Positions 26,508 to 36,196 of a DNA stretch of 64,000 bases are shown here, piece by piece (position 1 is the stretch's first letter; each line of letters opens with the position of its first letter). The stretch comes from a virus, in the IMG/VR virus record IMGVR_UViG_3300031746_000001, one strand, 5' to 3'. The notes under the pieces were generated by a model. The model was not told the origin of the DNA, searched no databases, and worked only from the letters and a program-made list of their open reading frames with translations. The translations under genes and the position numbers were made by a program.

Positions 26508-26565
26508 CTGGCGGGGCCGTGTTACAGGCCCCTTCTTATCGCAGAGCTTTGGACGGCCCCGCCAG
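26508..26565. repeat. 13-bp inverted repeat CTGGCGGGGCCGT/ACGGCCCCGCCAG after MCP
   Basis: Arms at 26508-26520 and 26553-26565. Confidence 0.75.
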
Positions 26566-26598
26566 GTTTCCTTGTGAGTTCTCTCTAGTCCCTCGTGA

Positions 26599-28044
26599 TT
26601 ACATGTTGAGGACTGTGACGAGGGCGTAGTACTCGGTATAGATGAGCTTCGTGGCATACCGAGTACGGAGACCCTTCTTCAACCCGAAGTCCGTCGGGTC
26701 CATGAACGTCGGGGTCATCTGGATCGGGATATACGGGGCGTAAACGTAGCCCGCATCCATCCAGTAATCCCCCTTCAGGCCCAGCAGAACCTTGGTCGAT
26801 GTGAAGTAGGGGTCTACGTAGACCGCCCACTTGGACTGCAGAGTCCCGGCGAAGTAGATCCCGGGTCTCCGAGGCGGGGTCACTGGGACGCCCGTCTCCG
26901 GGACGGAACCGACCGCTGGCCGGAACAGCTGGTGCGTGGCGAACTGGTCGAACAGGGCCGCCACGTCGGGCGAGGTCACGATCCAGTTCGCGGGCGAACG
27001 GAGCGTCCGCTTGTGGATCGCATTCGACGCCGTCGACAAGACGGTTAGGATCGACCGGATGTGATCGATGTCCGAGATGCCGGACGGCACGGTGCGGTCC
27101 CAGTTATACTTCACGACCGCATCGACGTGGGTGTAGATGTCGTTGATGATCTCGCGGTCGACTTCCAAGCCGATCTGGCTGGAAACCCCGGCCACGAGTT
27201 CCGACTCCACGTCGATTCCGTGCAGGGCCCGCAGGTCTTCTGCGGACTCCGTGGACCAGACGGCCTTGAGCTTGCGGCTCCGCGCCCGAACCTCGGCGAT
27301 CTCCACGGCCACGTCCACTTCCGGGACCGCCGTGTTGAGCTCGCTGTTGTATTCGTAGAACGCGGTGACCACGCCCACCTTCTGCGAGGTCAAAGACGGA
27401 ATGACCATGGCGAAGGCGCCGTTGGTGTAATTGATCGACCCCGAGGCTCCGACTGCGTCACCGACCAGGGTGCCCGACCCGTTGGCGTCGGTGTAGCGGA
27501 TCGTCCGGGGGGACGTCTCGTTGGTCACGACGGTGATGATCGGCCCTGCGGCTCCGGCGTCGGTCGCCTTCTTCACAGGGGTGAAATCCAGCGAAGCGGA
27601 GTAGGTCAGGTCCCCGCCGCCTCCGGCTGGGGTCGTCCCGACTGCCTCGTTGCTGATCGTCTCCGACGAGTAATACATGTCGAAGTTTGCGATCATCTCC
27701 GTGCCCTTCGTGGTGGCGCCCTTCTCGGTCCCGTATTTGACCTTGAAGTAGGACACGGCGCCCACGGGGGCATTCATGGGCTGGACGGACACAATCTCGT
27801 TGGAGATCAGGAACGGCCAGACCCTCCGAACCACCGGGAACACGTGCTTCGTGTAGTAGCCCGCATCTCCGGTCGTCGTGCTCCCGGCGTTAGCCAGGTA
27901 GATCAAGTGGTCCATCTCGTTCTCGAGGAGCCGGGACACGCAGAACTTCCGGTACGGCTCCTTGATCGAGCGAGTGAGACGGTGCCACTTGCTCATCAAA
28001 GCCTGGGCTTCGGGAGTTTTCCAGGCTGTCAGCAACTGTTCCAT
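26599..28044 (-). CDS. Major capsid protein (T4 gp23-like)
   Basis: LLEN, PVVRRV, EIVSVQPM, ARSRKLKAVWS.E..EDL, EVDREII, ANWIVTSP, VYVDPY, AGYVYAPYIP, GLRTRYA. Confidence 0.97.
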   Translation of the reverse strand: MEQLLTAWKTPEAQALMSKWHRLTRSIKEPYRKFCVSRLLENEMDHLIYLANAGSTTTGDAGYYTKHVFPVVRRVWPFLISNEIVSVQPMNAPVGAVSYFKVKYGTEKGATTKGTEMIANFDMYYSSETISNEAVGTTPAGGGGDLTYSASLDFTPVKKATDAGAAGPIITVVTNETSPRTIRYTDANGSGTLVGDAVGASGSINYTNGAFAMVIPSLTSQKVGVVTAFYEYNSELNTAVPEVDVAVEIAEVRARSRKLKAVWSTESAEDLRALHGIDVESELVAGVSSQIGLEVDREIINDIYTHVDAVVKYNWDRTVPSGISDIDHIRSILTVLSTASNAIHKRTLRSPANWIVTSPDVAALFDQFATHQLFRPAVGSVPETGVPVTPPRRPGIYFAGTLQSKWAVYVDPYFTSTKVLLGLKGDYWMDAGYVYAPYIPIQMTPTFMDPTDFGLKKGLRTRYATKLIYTEYYALVTVLNM

Positions 28045-28105
28045 GCTCTAACTCCTTATGTGTGTGCTTGTTGTGTGACGGTATCGGCCATCTTAGATAG
28101 CCGAA

Positions 28106-29629
28106 TTACTCTTCGCCCGACAATTGGGCGATTCTTTCCATCGACATCCCCGTGAGCTGTTCGATTGCCGTCCCCCGCCCGGTTCCCCGGGATTCGAGAA
28201 CGACGTCCTCGTTCAGCAACGTGGCTCCTCTCCGCATGCCCTGTTGGACACGCTGAAGAAGGGCCCCGGGGGAGTCCGGGGAACGGTCCACCCACTCCCT
28301 TAACTGCACGGCTGTGGAGATGTCGCCGGATTCGACGAGCATCCCCAGTTTGTTTCGAAGGTTGATTACGTCAGACCGATGAGAGATCTGCCTCTCAGCT
28401 TCCAGCATTAACTGCACCCTCTTCGCACGAGCAAGGGCAGACGTGGCGCTTTCCTTCTCGATGGCCACCTGGTTCCTGAGAACATCCACCTCCCCACGAG
28501 TGATCTTCAAGTCCTTCGTCAGCTTGGCCACCTCGGACGTAAGCTCGGCTTCCTTCTCGTCGGCCTCCCCCACGCCCCGCTTGATGACCTCGAGCTGTTC
28601 CTGGGCTTTCGCGATCACGCCTTTGGCCTGCTCCAACTCGGCACTCTTGCCCGTGAGCTCGACCTCCAGCTTTTTCTTGTCATCGGCGGCTCCGGCCTTC
28701 TCCTTCTCGTCCACCTCGTCGGTCTTCTCGATCCCCATCGCTTCGGCGACCTGCTGGGCGGTCTTGGTCAGCTCGTTGATATCAGCGAATCTCCCCAGGT
28801 CACCCAGGGCGGCCATGAGAGCCCCGGCCTTCGGGCTCCGGCCATATTGCTGATTCAGGAAGAGCTTGAATCCCAGGTTCTTATACTCGTCGCGATAGGT
28901 GTTCGCGAGCTTGGTCAGGCGATCGACTTCTGCCTTCAGCGTGGCAACAGCTTTGTCCTTATCCGCTTCCAGCACGACCGCCTCCCCGACAGGCTTGATT
29001 TGAGTCAGCTTAACGCTTGCCGCGACCTCCTCGTGGAGCATCTCTTTCAGCTTGCCCGTAATCTCCTCGACCAGCTTTTTCCGAAGTTCGTCATTTCCCA
29101 TCAACATCTCCTCGTTAAAGATGATCTCTTCTGGCCAGGTAGAATCAGCGGGCTCGGAAACTGCATCAAACGTCAGGAGCCTGAAATCGTCGTTCACGTT
29201 AAATGTGTCACCCTCCTGCGCCAACGACCCGAATCCCCGGCTCGAGATCCCCACCTTCGCACCCGACTTAAGGATGCTCCGGAGGTTGTTCCCTCGCTCG
29301 GTATCCAGGACTTCGGCCTCTCCGATGACCTTCCCGCCGTCACAGCGGAGGTCCGTAATGATGTGGCTGACCTCGTTCAGGCGGGTCCGGCCATCGGCAG
29401 GGTGGTCCAGGCATCCGAAGAGCTTCCGATCTTTCATCAACGGTCTTAGTCTCGAGATCTCACGCTCCCAGAGCGCATGGGGGTACACTCGGTTGTTCTT
29501 GTTCGGATTGTCCGCCAGAGCGAACTCCCCTCGCATGATCACCTTGCGAGCCCCACCGCCAGGCGCATCCTGCTCGACTAACTGCAAGCCTGGGGCGTCG
29601 TAGACTGTGGTTAAGAGTAACTTCTCCAT
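28106..29629 (-). CDS. Prohead maturation protease (T4 gp21-like) fused to a coiled-coil scaffold
   Basis: NKNNRVYP, GCLDHP, VSHII, GISSRGFGS, TFDAVSEP; C-terminal ~330 aa coiled coil. Confidence 0.93.
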   Translation of the reverse strand: MEKLLLTTVYDAPGLQLVEQDAPGGGARKVIMRGEFALADNPNKNNRVYPHALWEREISRLRPLMKDRKLFGCLDHPADGRTRLNEVSHIITDLRCDGGKVIGEAEVLDTERGNNLRSILKSGAKVGISSRGFGSLAQEGDTFNVNDDFRLLTFDAVSEPADSTWPEEIIFNEEMLMGNDELRKKLVEEITGKLKEMLHEEVAASVKLTQIKPVGEAVVLEADKDKAVATLKAEVDRLTKLANTYRDEYKNLGFKLFLNQQYGRSPKAGALMAALGDLGRFADINELTKTAQQVAEAMGIEKTDEVDEKEKAGAADDKKKLEVELTGKSAELEQAKGVIAKAQEQLEVIKRGVGEADEKEAELTSEVAKLTKDLKITRGEVDVLRNQVAIEKESATSALARAKRVQLMLEAERQISHRSDVINLRNKLGMLVESGDISTAVQLREWVDRSPDSPGALLQRVQQGMRRGATLLNEDVVLESRGTGRGTAIEQLTGMSMERIAQLSGEE

Positions 29630-29663
29630 CCGAGCCTCTCCCTAAGACCGGGTTACTCCCGGC

Positions 29664-30386
29664 TTAGACCGGGATGTCTTCCGGATTGGGCTTCTTCTCG
29701 ACCAGGGTCGGGTTGTCCGGATCGTCGGTGTCGTGGAGCTTCTTGGTCGTCCCTGCGGCCGGTCCCGGGCCGAGCGCCTGGTCGACTTCCTGGGCCACCT
29801 GCAGGAACCGATCCATCACGGCCAGCACGTCCTGGGTCGAGGACTTGATCTCCTCTTCCTCGGGCTTCTGAGCGGCCGCCTGCTTGGTGAGCTCCTTGTC
29901 CGCCGTGTCGAGATCGTCGGCGGCCATCGTCGCGTCCTTCTTGTCGATGACCCCCTCCTCCGACAGGATGCGGAACTTGCTGGACAGGACGCTGATCATC
30001 TTCTTGACGTTGACGATCACGTCTTCGGGCTTGTCCTTCACGGAGGCGCTGGACAGCCGACGTCCGAGGCGCACCCTTGCCGCCTCGAGACGCCACATCG
30101 TCTCGCGCTGTTCGCTGGACCCGAGCTCCAGCCGCTTGGCCGCACGGGCGCAGGCCACACGGCCCGTGCCGCTCGCCAGCCAGGCCTTCCGATCGGCGCT
30201 GTTATTCAACGCCGGGCTCTTCTCGATCTCATCCCGACCTTTCGGGGGATCGTCATGTTCCTCCCCCGGGACCGGTGGATCGACGCCTGGTTCTTCTTGC
30301 CGGTCCTCTGCGACCAGCAATTTTCCCAGCCCGAGGATTTTCAAATCCTCCTCGAGCGTGGAGAGTCGTCCCGTCTTGTAAGGCAT
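29664..30386 (-). CDS. Putative prohead core/scaffold-associated protein
   Basis: Charged low-complexity protein in the head module; contains RRLSS|AS. Confidence 0.55.
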   Translation of the reverse strand: MPYKTGRLSTLEEDLKILGLGKLLVAEDRQEEPGVDPPVPGEEHDDPPKGRDEIEKSPALNNSADRKAWLASGTGRVACARAAKRLELGSSEQRETMWRLEAARVRLGRRLSSASVKDKPEDVIVNVKKMISVLSSKFRILSEEGVIDKKDATMAADDLDTADKELTKQAAAQKPEEEEIKSSTQDVLAVMDRFLQVAQEVDQALGPGPAAGTTKKLHDTDDPDNPTLVEKKPNPEDIPV

Positions 30387-30413
30387 TGTGGGTCCTCCTA
30401 TCGTGTTAAACGG

Positions 30414-31283
30414 TTACTGAAGAAACCGGATGTCGACGGATATCGGTTTCTTGACTAACTTACTGATCAAACGCCCTACCACCTCTGCGGAGTAGAGCCA
30501 ATTAACAAACTCATCGTGAAGTTTGCCAATCGCCTTTGAGGAGACCTGTTGGTTGTCCCCTTCATCATCCAGACCGAGATCACCGAAGCTTTCAATCACC
30601 TCCTCTACGTTATTCAGATAGTCGTGTCCAAACTTAGTTACCGCTTGAATCACAGTGTCCCGCTCCACGCTCATGAACGGCTTGATCGAGTAGTTCTCCT
30701 CGAAGTCCGCCGTCAGCCCGGCCACTCCGTCGTAGAGCTCCTTGAGCCGCTTCACTGCGGAGGACAAGCTCGACCGGATCTGCTTGCCCCACCAGGAAGC
30801 ATAAACCTCCGGGATCCCCTCATCACAGATCGCCTGATACTTCGGACGCAGGCGATTGCTGTCGAGGTCCAGGAGGTCGTCCCGGAGATAGTCGCGAATC
30901 CTCTTCTCGTTGGTCTGAAAATACTGCACCCAGGAAACGTTCTTCTTTAATGAGCTCATGATCTTCCCGACCGACTCGACGTTGTCCTTCACGAGCTTCA
31001 CTTCCTCTCCGAGCTTTTTCTGCGCCTCCGCAAGCGGCTTCACTTCCCCTAGCGTTGGTATGCCGGAGTCGTTCAACAGGATCGTTCCCTCGTAGCACAG
31101 ATCGCCACTCGAGAATACCACTCTCTGAGCGGTCGTGGCCACCAGTGCGGGATCCCGATACCCCGCCTTCTCAATGGCCACCGAGACGTTCTCGAGGAGC
31201 TCTTCGATGGAGCCCTTTCCAACGCTATTCATGAGAGCAGACTGATACTCGTTTGCCGAACCTGTGAACCGTAAGATTTTCAT
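30414..31283 (-). CDS. Hypothetical head-module protein
   Basis: Probable start MKILRF at 31283. Confidence 0.6.
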   Translation of the reverse strand: MKILRFTGSANEYQSALMNSVGKGSIEELLENVSVAIEKAGYRDPALVATTAQRVVFSSGDLCYEGTILLNDSGIPTLGEVKPLAEAQKKLGEEVKLVKDNVESVGKIMSSLKKNVSWVQYFQTNEKRIRDYLRDDLLDLDSNRLRPKYQAICDEGIPEVYASWWGKQIRSSLSSAVKRLKELYDGVAGLTADFEENYSIKPFMSVERDTVIQAVTKFGHDYLNNVEEVIESFGDLGLDDEGDNQQVSSKAIGKLHDEFVNWLYSAEVVGRLISKLVKKPISVDIRFLQ

Positions 31284-31391
31284 CGATAACTCCGAGCTTG
31301 CGTTTTTCTCACAAAAAGACAGCCCAGGACTGTAATGCATCGTGGACTTTCGGGCTTGATCGACGGTTGGTGAGTCGGGTGCTACCTAACT

Positions 31392-31447
31392 ATTCTACCA
31401 CAAAACCATTTATCGAAATCAAGAGGCTCCGATAAATCTTTATCGGA
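31392..31447 (-). promoter_or_regulatory. Putative promoter (TTGATT-19-TAGAAT, TGn extended -10) with upstream inverted repeat TCCGATAAA-TC-TTTATCGGA
   Basis: -10 at 31392-31397, -35 at 31417-31422, inverted repeat at 31428-31447. Confidence 0.55.
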
Positions 31448-31450
31448 CCG

Positions 31451-33097
31451 TCATTTGCGACCCCCCTTCTTCATGTATTTACCATAGCCCCGCACGGTCT
31501 CCCTGATCTCAAGCATGAGAGGCTTCAGTATCTTGACGGATTGCTGTAGCTCCTTGTTTTCAAGCAACGACCGGCGCATCTTGTTCTCAAGAATGAGGTT
31601 CTGGCGGTTCGTCCCGTGAGGACCGAGAATGCGCTCGGACTGCTTCTGGAAGTCGACCTCCGTCTGCGGGGGAGTCTTGCTCTTCCACTCCTCCGGAGGA
31701 ACCTCACCGGTGGCTCCGCCTTTGGCCACAGAGTAGTCCCTGATCTCCTCGTCGCTGAAGTGGAAGATGTTCTTAAGGAGCCACTCCATTGAGACATACT
31801 CCCTCATCTGCGAGGCGACGTTCGCCCGGACGGAGAGCACGTCCATGTAGTTCTTCTCGAACACGAGCGACGGGACGGACATGTAGACGTCGAACTCGGC
31901 GGTCTTATCCGGGTCGATCCCCCGGGCGGCCAGGTGGACCTTGCTCATGTGCTTGAAGCCTTCCCTGAGCGATCGCTGGATCCGCAGGATCGTGCGGGCA
32001 AACCGGACGTCCTCCGAGGCCAGGATGTTCTTCGCCGACACATCTTCCTCGAACCCCAAATAGCTCTTAGGAATCTTGATAGCGGCGTAGAGCTTGTCCT
32101 TGAAGTACTCGAGGTCGTCGATGTTGTTCCACTCTAACCCACCGATCGACTCGATCTCCGTTGCCTTCTTTCCGTCCCGGGTCGCCACGAAGAAGTCCTC
32201 GTCTGAGGCAAGCGGGTTATAGCGTGTATCGAGCTTCCCGGTATTGGGGTTCACGAACTTCTTCTTCCGGAACGTGGCGACCTGGCGCTGGATGTAAGAC
32301 TCGGCCTCGGCGGGCGACCTCTTCCCGACATCAATATAGAAGGCAAACCGGGCGGGCGCTCGGGTAAGGCGGTAGATAAGAGCGGCGTCTTCCATGAGCA
32401 CCAGACGCCTCCATATCCAGCGGGCCGGATCGAGAACGCCTCTCCCATAAATATCCCAGCGTTGGCGTCCTCCGAGCTTGAAGTGGGCGCACTGCCAGTC
32501 CTCAAAGACGATCTCCCCGTCTCCCATCGTCTGCTTGCCTTCAACCTTGGCTCTGAACTCCTTCTCCGTCATCGGGGTGAACTGCCCCCGGATGTTCTGG
32601 ATGTACCCGATCACTTCGCCCCGCAGGTCGATTACGCACCGCATGGTTGGCTGGGCGAGGTAAGATATGCCGCAAAGCCCCTCGTGTTCCTTAAGGAGAA
32701 GCTCGTGATACTCGTTTCCATACATACAGATGCCCCGGGAGATCGACCAGAGGTGGTCGTCGAGATAGAGCTTCTTGAAAACATCGTTCAGCTCACCAGC
32801 GAGATTCTCATCGTCGGACTCCACCCAGACCGACTCACCGGAAATTATGTTCGGTTGGCTGGATTCGTCAGCGTATATGTCCAGGGCGGAGGAGAGGTCA
32901 GGATAGTCATTCATATCTTCGTAGTCCATATACCTTCCTACGAGATCCTCCTCCATCTTGAGAATAGTCGAGAGATCATACCCGCCCATCGCAAGGGCAG
33001 ATAGGAAGTCCCACATTTTGATAAGCTTTTCCCGAGCAGTCGGGACCTGCTTACCCTTCTCGCCTGCCCACCACTTCTTTAGGAAATCAAAGGCCAT
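31451..33097 (-). CDS. Portal protein (T4 gp20-like)
   Basis: ALDIYADE, LMEDAALIYRLTRAPARFAFYIDVG, EDFF, IDDLEYF, IPKSYL, EDVRFARTI. Confidence 0.97.
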   Translation of the reverse strand: MAFDFLKKWWAGEKGKQVPTAREKLIKMWDFLSALAMGGYDLSTILKMEEDLVGRYMDYEDMNDYPDLSSALDIYADESSQPNIISGESVWVESDDENLAGELNDVFKKLYLDDHLWSISRGICMYGNEYHELLLKEHEGLCGISYLAQPTMRCVIDLRGEVIGYIQNIRGQFTPMTEKEFRAKVEGKQTMGDGEIVFEDWQCAHFKLGGRQRWDIYGRGVLDPARWIWRRLVLMEDAALIYRLTRAPARFAFYIDVGKRSPAEAESYIQRQVATFRKKKFVNPNTGKLDTRYNPLASDEDFFVATRDGKKATEIESIGGLEWNNIDDLEYFKDKLYAAIKIPKSYLGFEEDVSAKNILASEDVRFARTILRIQRSLREGFKHMSKVHLAARGIDPDKTAEFDVYMSVPSLVFEKNYMDVLSVRANVASQMREYVSMEWLLKNIFHFSDEEIRDYSVAKGGATGEVPPEEWKSKTPPQTEVDFQKQSERILGPHGTNRQNLILENKMRRSLLENKELQQSVKILKPLMLEIRETVRGYGKYMKKGGRK

Positions 33098-33101
33098 AGG
33101 A

Positions 33102-33476
33102 TTACGCTAAGATAGTCCTCGTTGGAATGTTCTCGTCTGGCTTGAGCAGAACGACGTGCTCTGCCGGACGGGGAGGGATGAACCCGCCCACGACAATCGT
33201 GCAACGGCAGTAGGCGCAGATATACGGGGACCTCTCCCTGGCGTTCAATGGGGCCCCGCAGTTAGGACAACGGAGGGCTTGCAGGGACGTATCGACCGGA
33301 GCCAGGGAAGGAACGCCTGAAACGCCTCGGGGTGGGCTGTCCGGGTCAATACCCGACGTCGGCTGGTAACCTCCGGCTATGGGCTGGTCCCACGATGCCA
33401 CAAGCCTTTTCTGCTCGGATATCCCCCGCTTAACCGTGTCCACCATCTTCAACAGCGCATCGCAGGACTGGCTCAT
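33102..33476 (-). CDS. Zn-ribbon protein (CPNCGA...CAYC)
   Basis: CxxC pairs; start MSQSCD. Confidence 0.6.
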   Translation of the reverse strand: MSQSCDALLKMVDTVKRGISEQKRLVASWDQPIAGGYQPTSGIDPDSPPRGVSGVPSLAPVDTSLQALRCPNCGAPLNARERSPYICAYCRCTIVVGGFIPPRPAEHVVLLKPDENIPTRTILA

Positions 33477-33655
33477 GGGGTCGGCGGCTTCTGCTCCGCA
33501 CTGAGCTTGTGGGCTTCCCATCCAGAGTCGAAACAGAATTTGGCAAACAGGCTGAGGAGCTTCTCCACCTTCCCCTTCGCGACGTACCGGCTCACCTTCT
33601 CGTCGTAGGCTGGGGAACAGACGAACTCCTCAAACATCATCTCCTGCTTGTCCAT
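33473..33655 (-). CDS. Small hypothetical protein (MDKQEMMFEEF)
   Basis: Coupled start/stop overlaps. Confidence 0.5.
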   Translation of the reverse strand: MDKQEMMFEEFVCSPAYDEKVSRYVAKGKVEKLLSLFAKFCFDSGWEAHKLSAEQKPPTP

Positions 33656-34122
33656 CAGGGCTTCTTCATCCAAGTGCCGACCTTGCTCATCACTTTCGTG
33701 TTCCAGATACGCCCAACCCACTCGAACACCTCGAGGGCCCCGAGGCCCAAAAAGATCGTCGCGAAGTTCGGGGGTCCGGAGAACCAGCTTACGACGATAT
33801 CGACCTTCATCTTCCAGTAGGCGCTCGACCCGAAGAACGACCCGATGAGCTTCAGTATCTCCGGCAGGAGCCCGACCGCCCAGATCCCGTAAAAGGCCGT
33901 GTAGACCCCGAGGGCAGTCCACAGGTCGAAGGTATGCTCCTTCAACCAGGCATCATACTTCTTGAGGGTGTCCCCGTTGGCGGTGTCCTGGCCGCCTTTC
34001 TTGAGGCTCTCGAGATACAAGTGATACCGGAAATTCATGTCGATGACAATCCCGAGTAGACCCCACAGGTAGGCCAGAGACCTGTAGATCAGAAACAAAG
34101 GATGCGAGAACAGACCGCTCAA
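33655..34122 (-). CDS. Multi-pass membrane protein
   Basis: Three hydrophobic segments; probable TTG start at 34122. Confidence 0.55.
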   Translation of the reverse strand: MSGLFSHPLFLIYRSLAYLWGLLGIVIDMNFRYHLYLESLKKGGQDTANGDTLKKYDAWLKEHTFDLWTALGVYTAFYGIWAVGLLPEILKLIGSFFGSSAYWKMKVDIVVSWFSGPPNFATIFLGLGALEVFEWVGRIWNTKVMSKVGTWMKKP

Positions 34123-34562
34123 GCGAAGTGCTCCTTGATTTGGGCGATGAGATCGGCCACGGAGTAGACGATCGCGAGCTTGGGCCGGACCAGGAACGTC
34201 TGGATCTCCACGTCCTGCTTCCGCTTGTAGTCCGGATGGACGCCTACGAAGAGCTTCTTGCTCGTCCTGACCCACGACCCGAGCTCATACAGCACGATCG
34301 GGCAGAGGGTCTCGGCGGGGAACCAAAAGGAAACCGCCTGAGCCTTCCTCAAGTGGCGGAACTCCCACTCGATCTGGGCACGGGCGGCGTTGGGATCGCT
34401 GATCGGGAAATTTTCTCTCCGGGGATTCAGGACGGCGATATCGAGATCCGCCAGTCCGGCAACGACCTCCTTCTGCCAGTCTGGACAGTCGGTGATTCCT
34501 CCAGCCAGGAACAAGGCCGGGCGATCGCCATCCCACTCGGTTGGGCTCTCAACGTAAATCAT
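34119..34562 (-). CDS. Nucleoside 2-deoxyribosyltransferase-like protein
   Basis: LFLAGGITDCPDWQ, LNPRR, QIEWE, PIVLYELG. Confidence 0.85.
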   Translation of the reverse strand: MIYVESPTEWDGDRPALFLAGGITDCPDWQKEVVAGLADLDIAVLNPRRENFPISDPNAARAQIEWEFRHLRKAQAVSFWFPAETLCPIVLYELGSWVRTSKKLFVGVHPDYKRKQDVEIQTFLVRPKLAIVYSVADLIAQIKEHFA

Positions 34563-34584
34563 CTGGATCCCTCCGTAGGTTAAG

Positions 34585-34870
34585 GTCTACTGCGTTGGCC
34601 CGCATTTTGTTCCTGTGAGCTCACTCACGGATGTAACAGGACGCCCGCCGAGGGCACCCGCGTCGTCGGATCGCAGTAGACGGGGGAAATCAGTGCACGC
34701 GCATGCACTGCGGGGCAGTTAGTGCTGGCGCCAGCAGACAGCGATAAAACAGAGGACTGACCTCTGGACGTATCCATCGGCCCATCCTCCATTCGATGAC
34801 TGAGGCTTCACACCGCTTGTATTCTCCGTAGAACCGACCTCAATATATTGTGGTCATTTCGGCTGATGGG
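34585..34870 (-). ncRNA. Candidate ~290-nt highly structured ncRNA
   Basis: No ORF of 60 aa or more; stems GTCTACTGCG/CGCAGTAGAC, CAGTGCA/TGCACTG, CAGAGG/CCTCTG, CCCATC/GATGGG; starts just after a sigma70 promoter. Confidence 0.5.
34723..34736. repeat. Dispersed palindrome copy TGCTGGCGCCAGCA
   Basis: Perfect 14-bp palindrome in non-coding DNA. Confidence 0.8.
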
Positions 34871-34874
34871 TATA

Positions 34875-34904
34875 AGTTTACTTAAAATCGTTTACCTTTG
34901 TCAA
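34875..34904 (-). promoter_or_regulatory. Sigma70-like promoter TTGACA-18-TAAACT
   Basis: -35 at 34899-34904, -10 at 34875-34880. Confidence 0.6.
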
Positions 34905-34925
34905 TACCCCTCCCGTAATTTATCG

Positions 34926-35261
34926 TCAAAAGGTTATCCACAGCCTTGCGAAAATCCTGTGTAAAAAACTTTTGTAGAAGGGGTCTTTCTTCTGCCGATA
35001 GTGCTGGACCCAGTCGTCCACGATCAGCCAGTAGCCGAGGACGTAGACCGTCCAGACGACCCACTCCGGCCACCTCGTCAGGTGGATCGGGGCGATCACC
35101 ACCATCAACCAGCCGTAGTAAAGATGATGAAGCTCGTCCTTGTTGAAGGCGAAAGCCCAGGGCAGGATGATCATCGTGAGCACAGCCACGAGTCCCGAGG
35201 CGAACCCAAGCCCGGCGAACATGATCCGAAACACCAAGTCGTTCACGGTCTCCTTTCCCAA
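34926..35261 (-). CDS. Small membrane protein (3 TM)
   Basis: Hydrophobic segments; DDWVQH motif. Confidence 0.6.
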   Translation of the reverse strand: MGKETVNDLVFRIMFAGLGFASGLVAVLTMIILPWAFAFNKDELHHLYYGWLMVVIAPIHLTRWPEWVVWTVYVLGYWLIVDDWVQHYRQKKDPFYKSFLHRIFARLWITF

Positions 35262-36070
35262 GAGAGAACCCGCCCTCAGTGGGCGGGATCCTCCTTGCTC
35301 GGCTATTTCTTCTTAGCCTTCTCCTTTGGGGGCACCTTCTCCCCCGGCTTGGTTTCGGGTTGTTTCTTCTCCTCTGGAACCACAGGGGTAATCCCGGCCC
35401 CAAAGGATAACTGCACGGGCTGAAGAGTCATGAGGCATTCCTTCTTGAGCAGGGAGGTGAGATAGTCGGCCATCCCCTCCGAGGCCGTAGACTCGAACGC
35501 GATCTTCGCCTTCACGACCTCCTTGTCTCCTTCCTGCACCATCGAGAAGGAGACTGCCTTCACTCGTCCCGTCATCTGGTTTGGTCCCACGTCTGCATCC
35601 TCCTGGTTAAATTTCCACAACCCCGATCCGCACGACCTTGCCGGGAAGCCGGGGGTTGATCCGGTAGACCGGCTCGTCCTCGTCCACGACGAACGGGATC
35701 GTCCTGAACGCCCCGTTCACGTCGAACACGTCCACCTCGACCTTGACGTCCCCCCGGGCCTTGAAGTACCTGCTGACCCGGAACTCCACCCCGTAGATCG
35801 ACACGCCCCGGCATCCCGGTCCGAGCTCCGACACGGGTAGGCTGTTAAGGGGGTAGGCCTTGTCGGAGGCCTTACTCCCTGGACCCGTCACGAAGAGAGG
35901 CCGTAGGGCATATTCTGGGGCTTTGGGAGGCATTTTGGGGGCATAGTGAGGGGGACGGACAATGGGCGGGACATAGGGAACGTCCGATCCCCGCTCGGGA
36001 AGGCAAAACCGGAGGCAGTCCCAGCGGGAGAGCGACTGCTCCTTATTCTTACGCTTCATGCGATCTCCTT

Positions 36071-36196
36071 TCAATCATTCCGGACAATATCGGTATCCTC
36101 TGAATCGCAACGGGGGCACTTGACATCCCCCTCATCCTCCCACTCGTGACCGCAGGCATTGCACCTGCGGATCTCGTTAACCTCGGATAAGCTCAT
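36071..36196 (-). CDS. 41-aa Zn-ribbon microprotein
   Basis: Hand translation MSLSEVNEIRRCNACGHEWEDEGDVKCPRCDSEDTDIVRND. Confidence 0.6.
   Translation of the reverse strand: MSLSEVNEIRRCNACGHEWEDEGDVKCPRCDSEDTDIVRND

Noticed and set aside
34934-34942. DnaA box TTATCCACA as a replication origin
   Set aside because: Single copy inside the end of a CDS with no box cluster; insufficient evidence.
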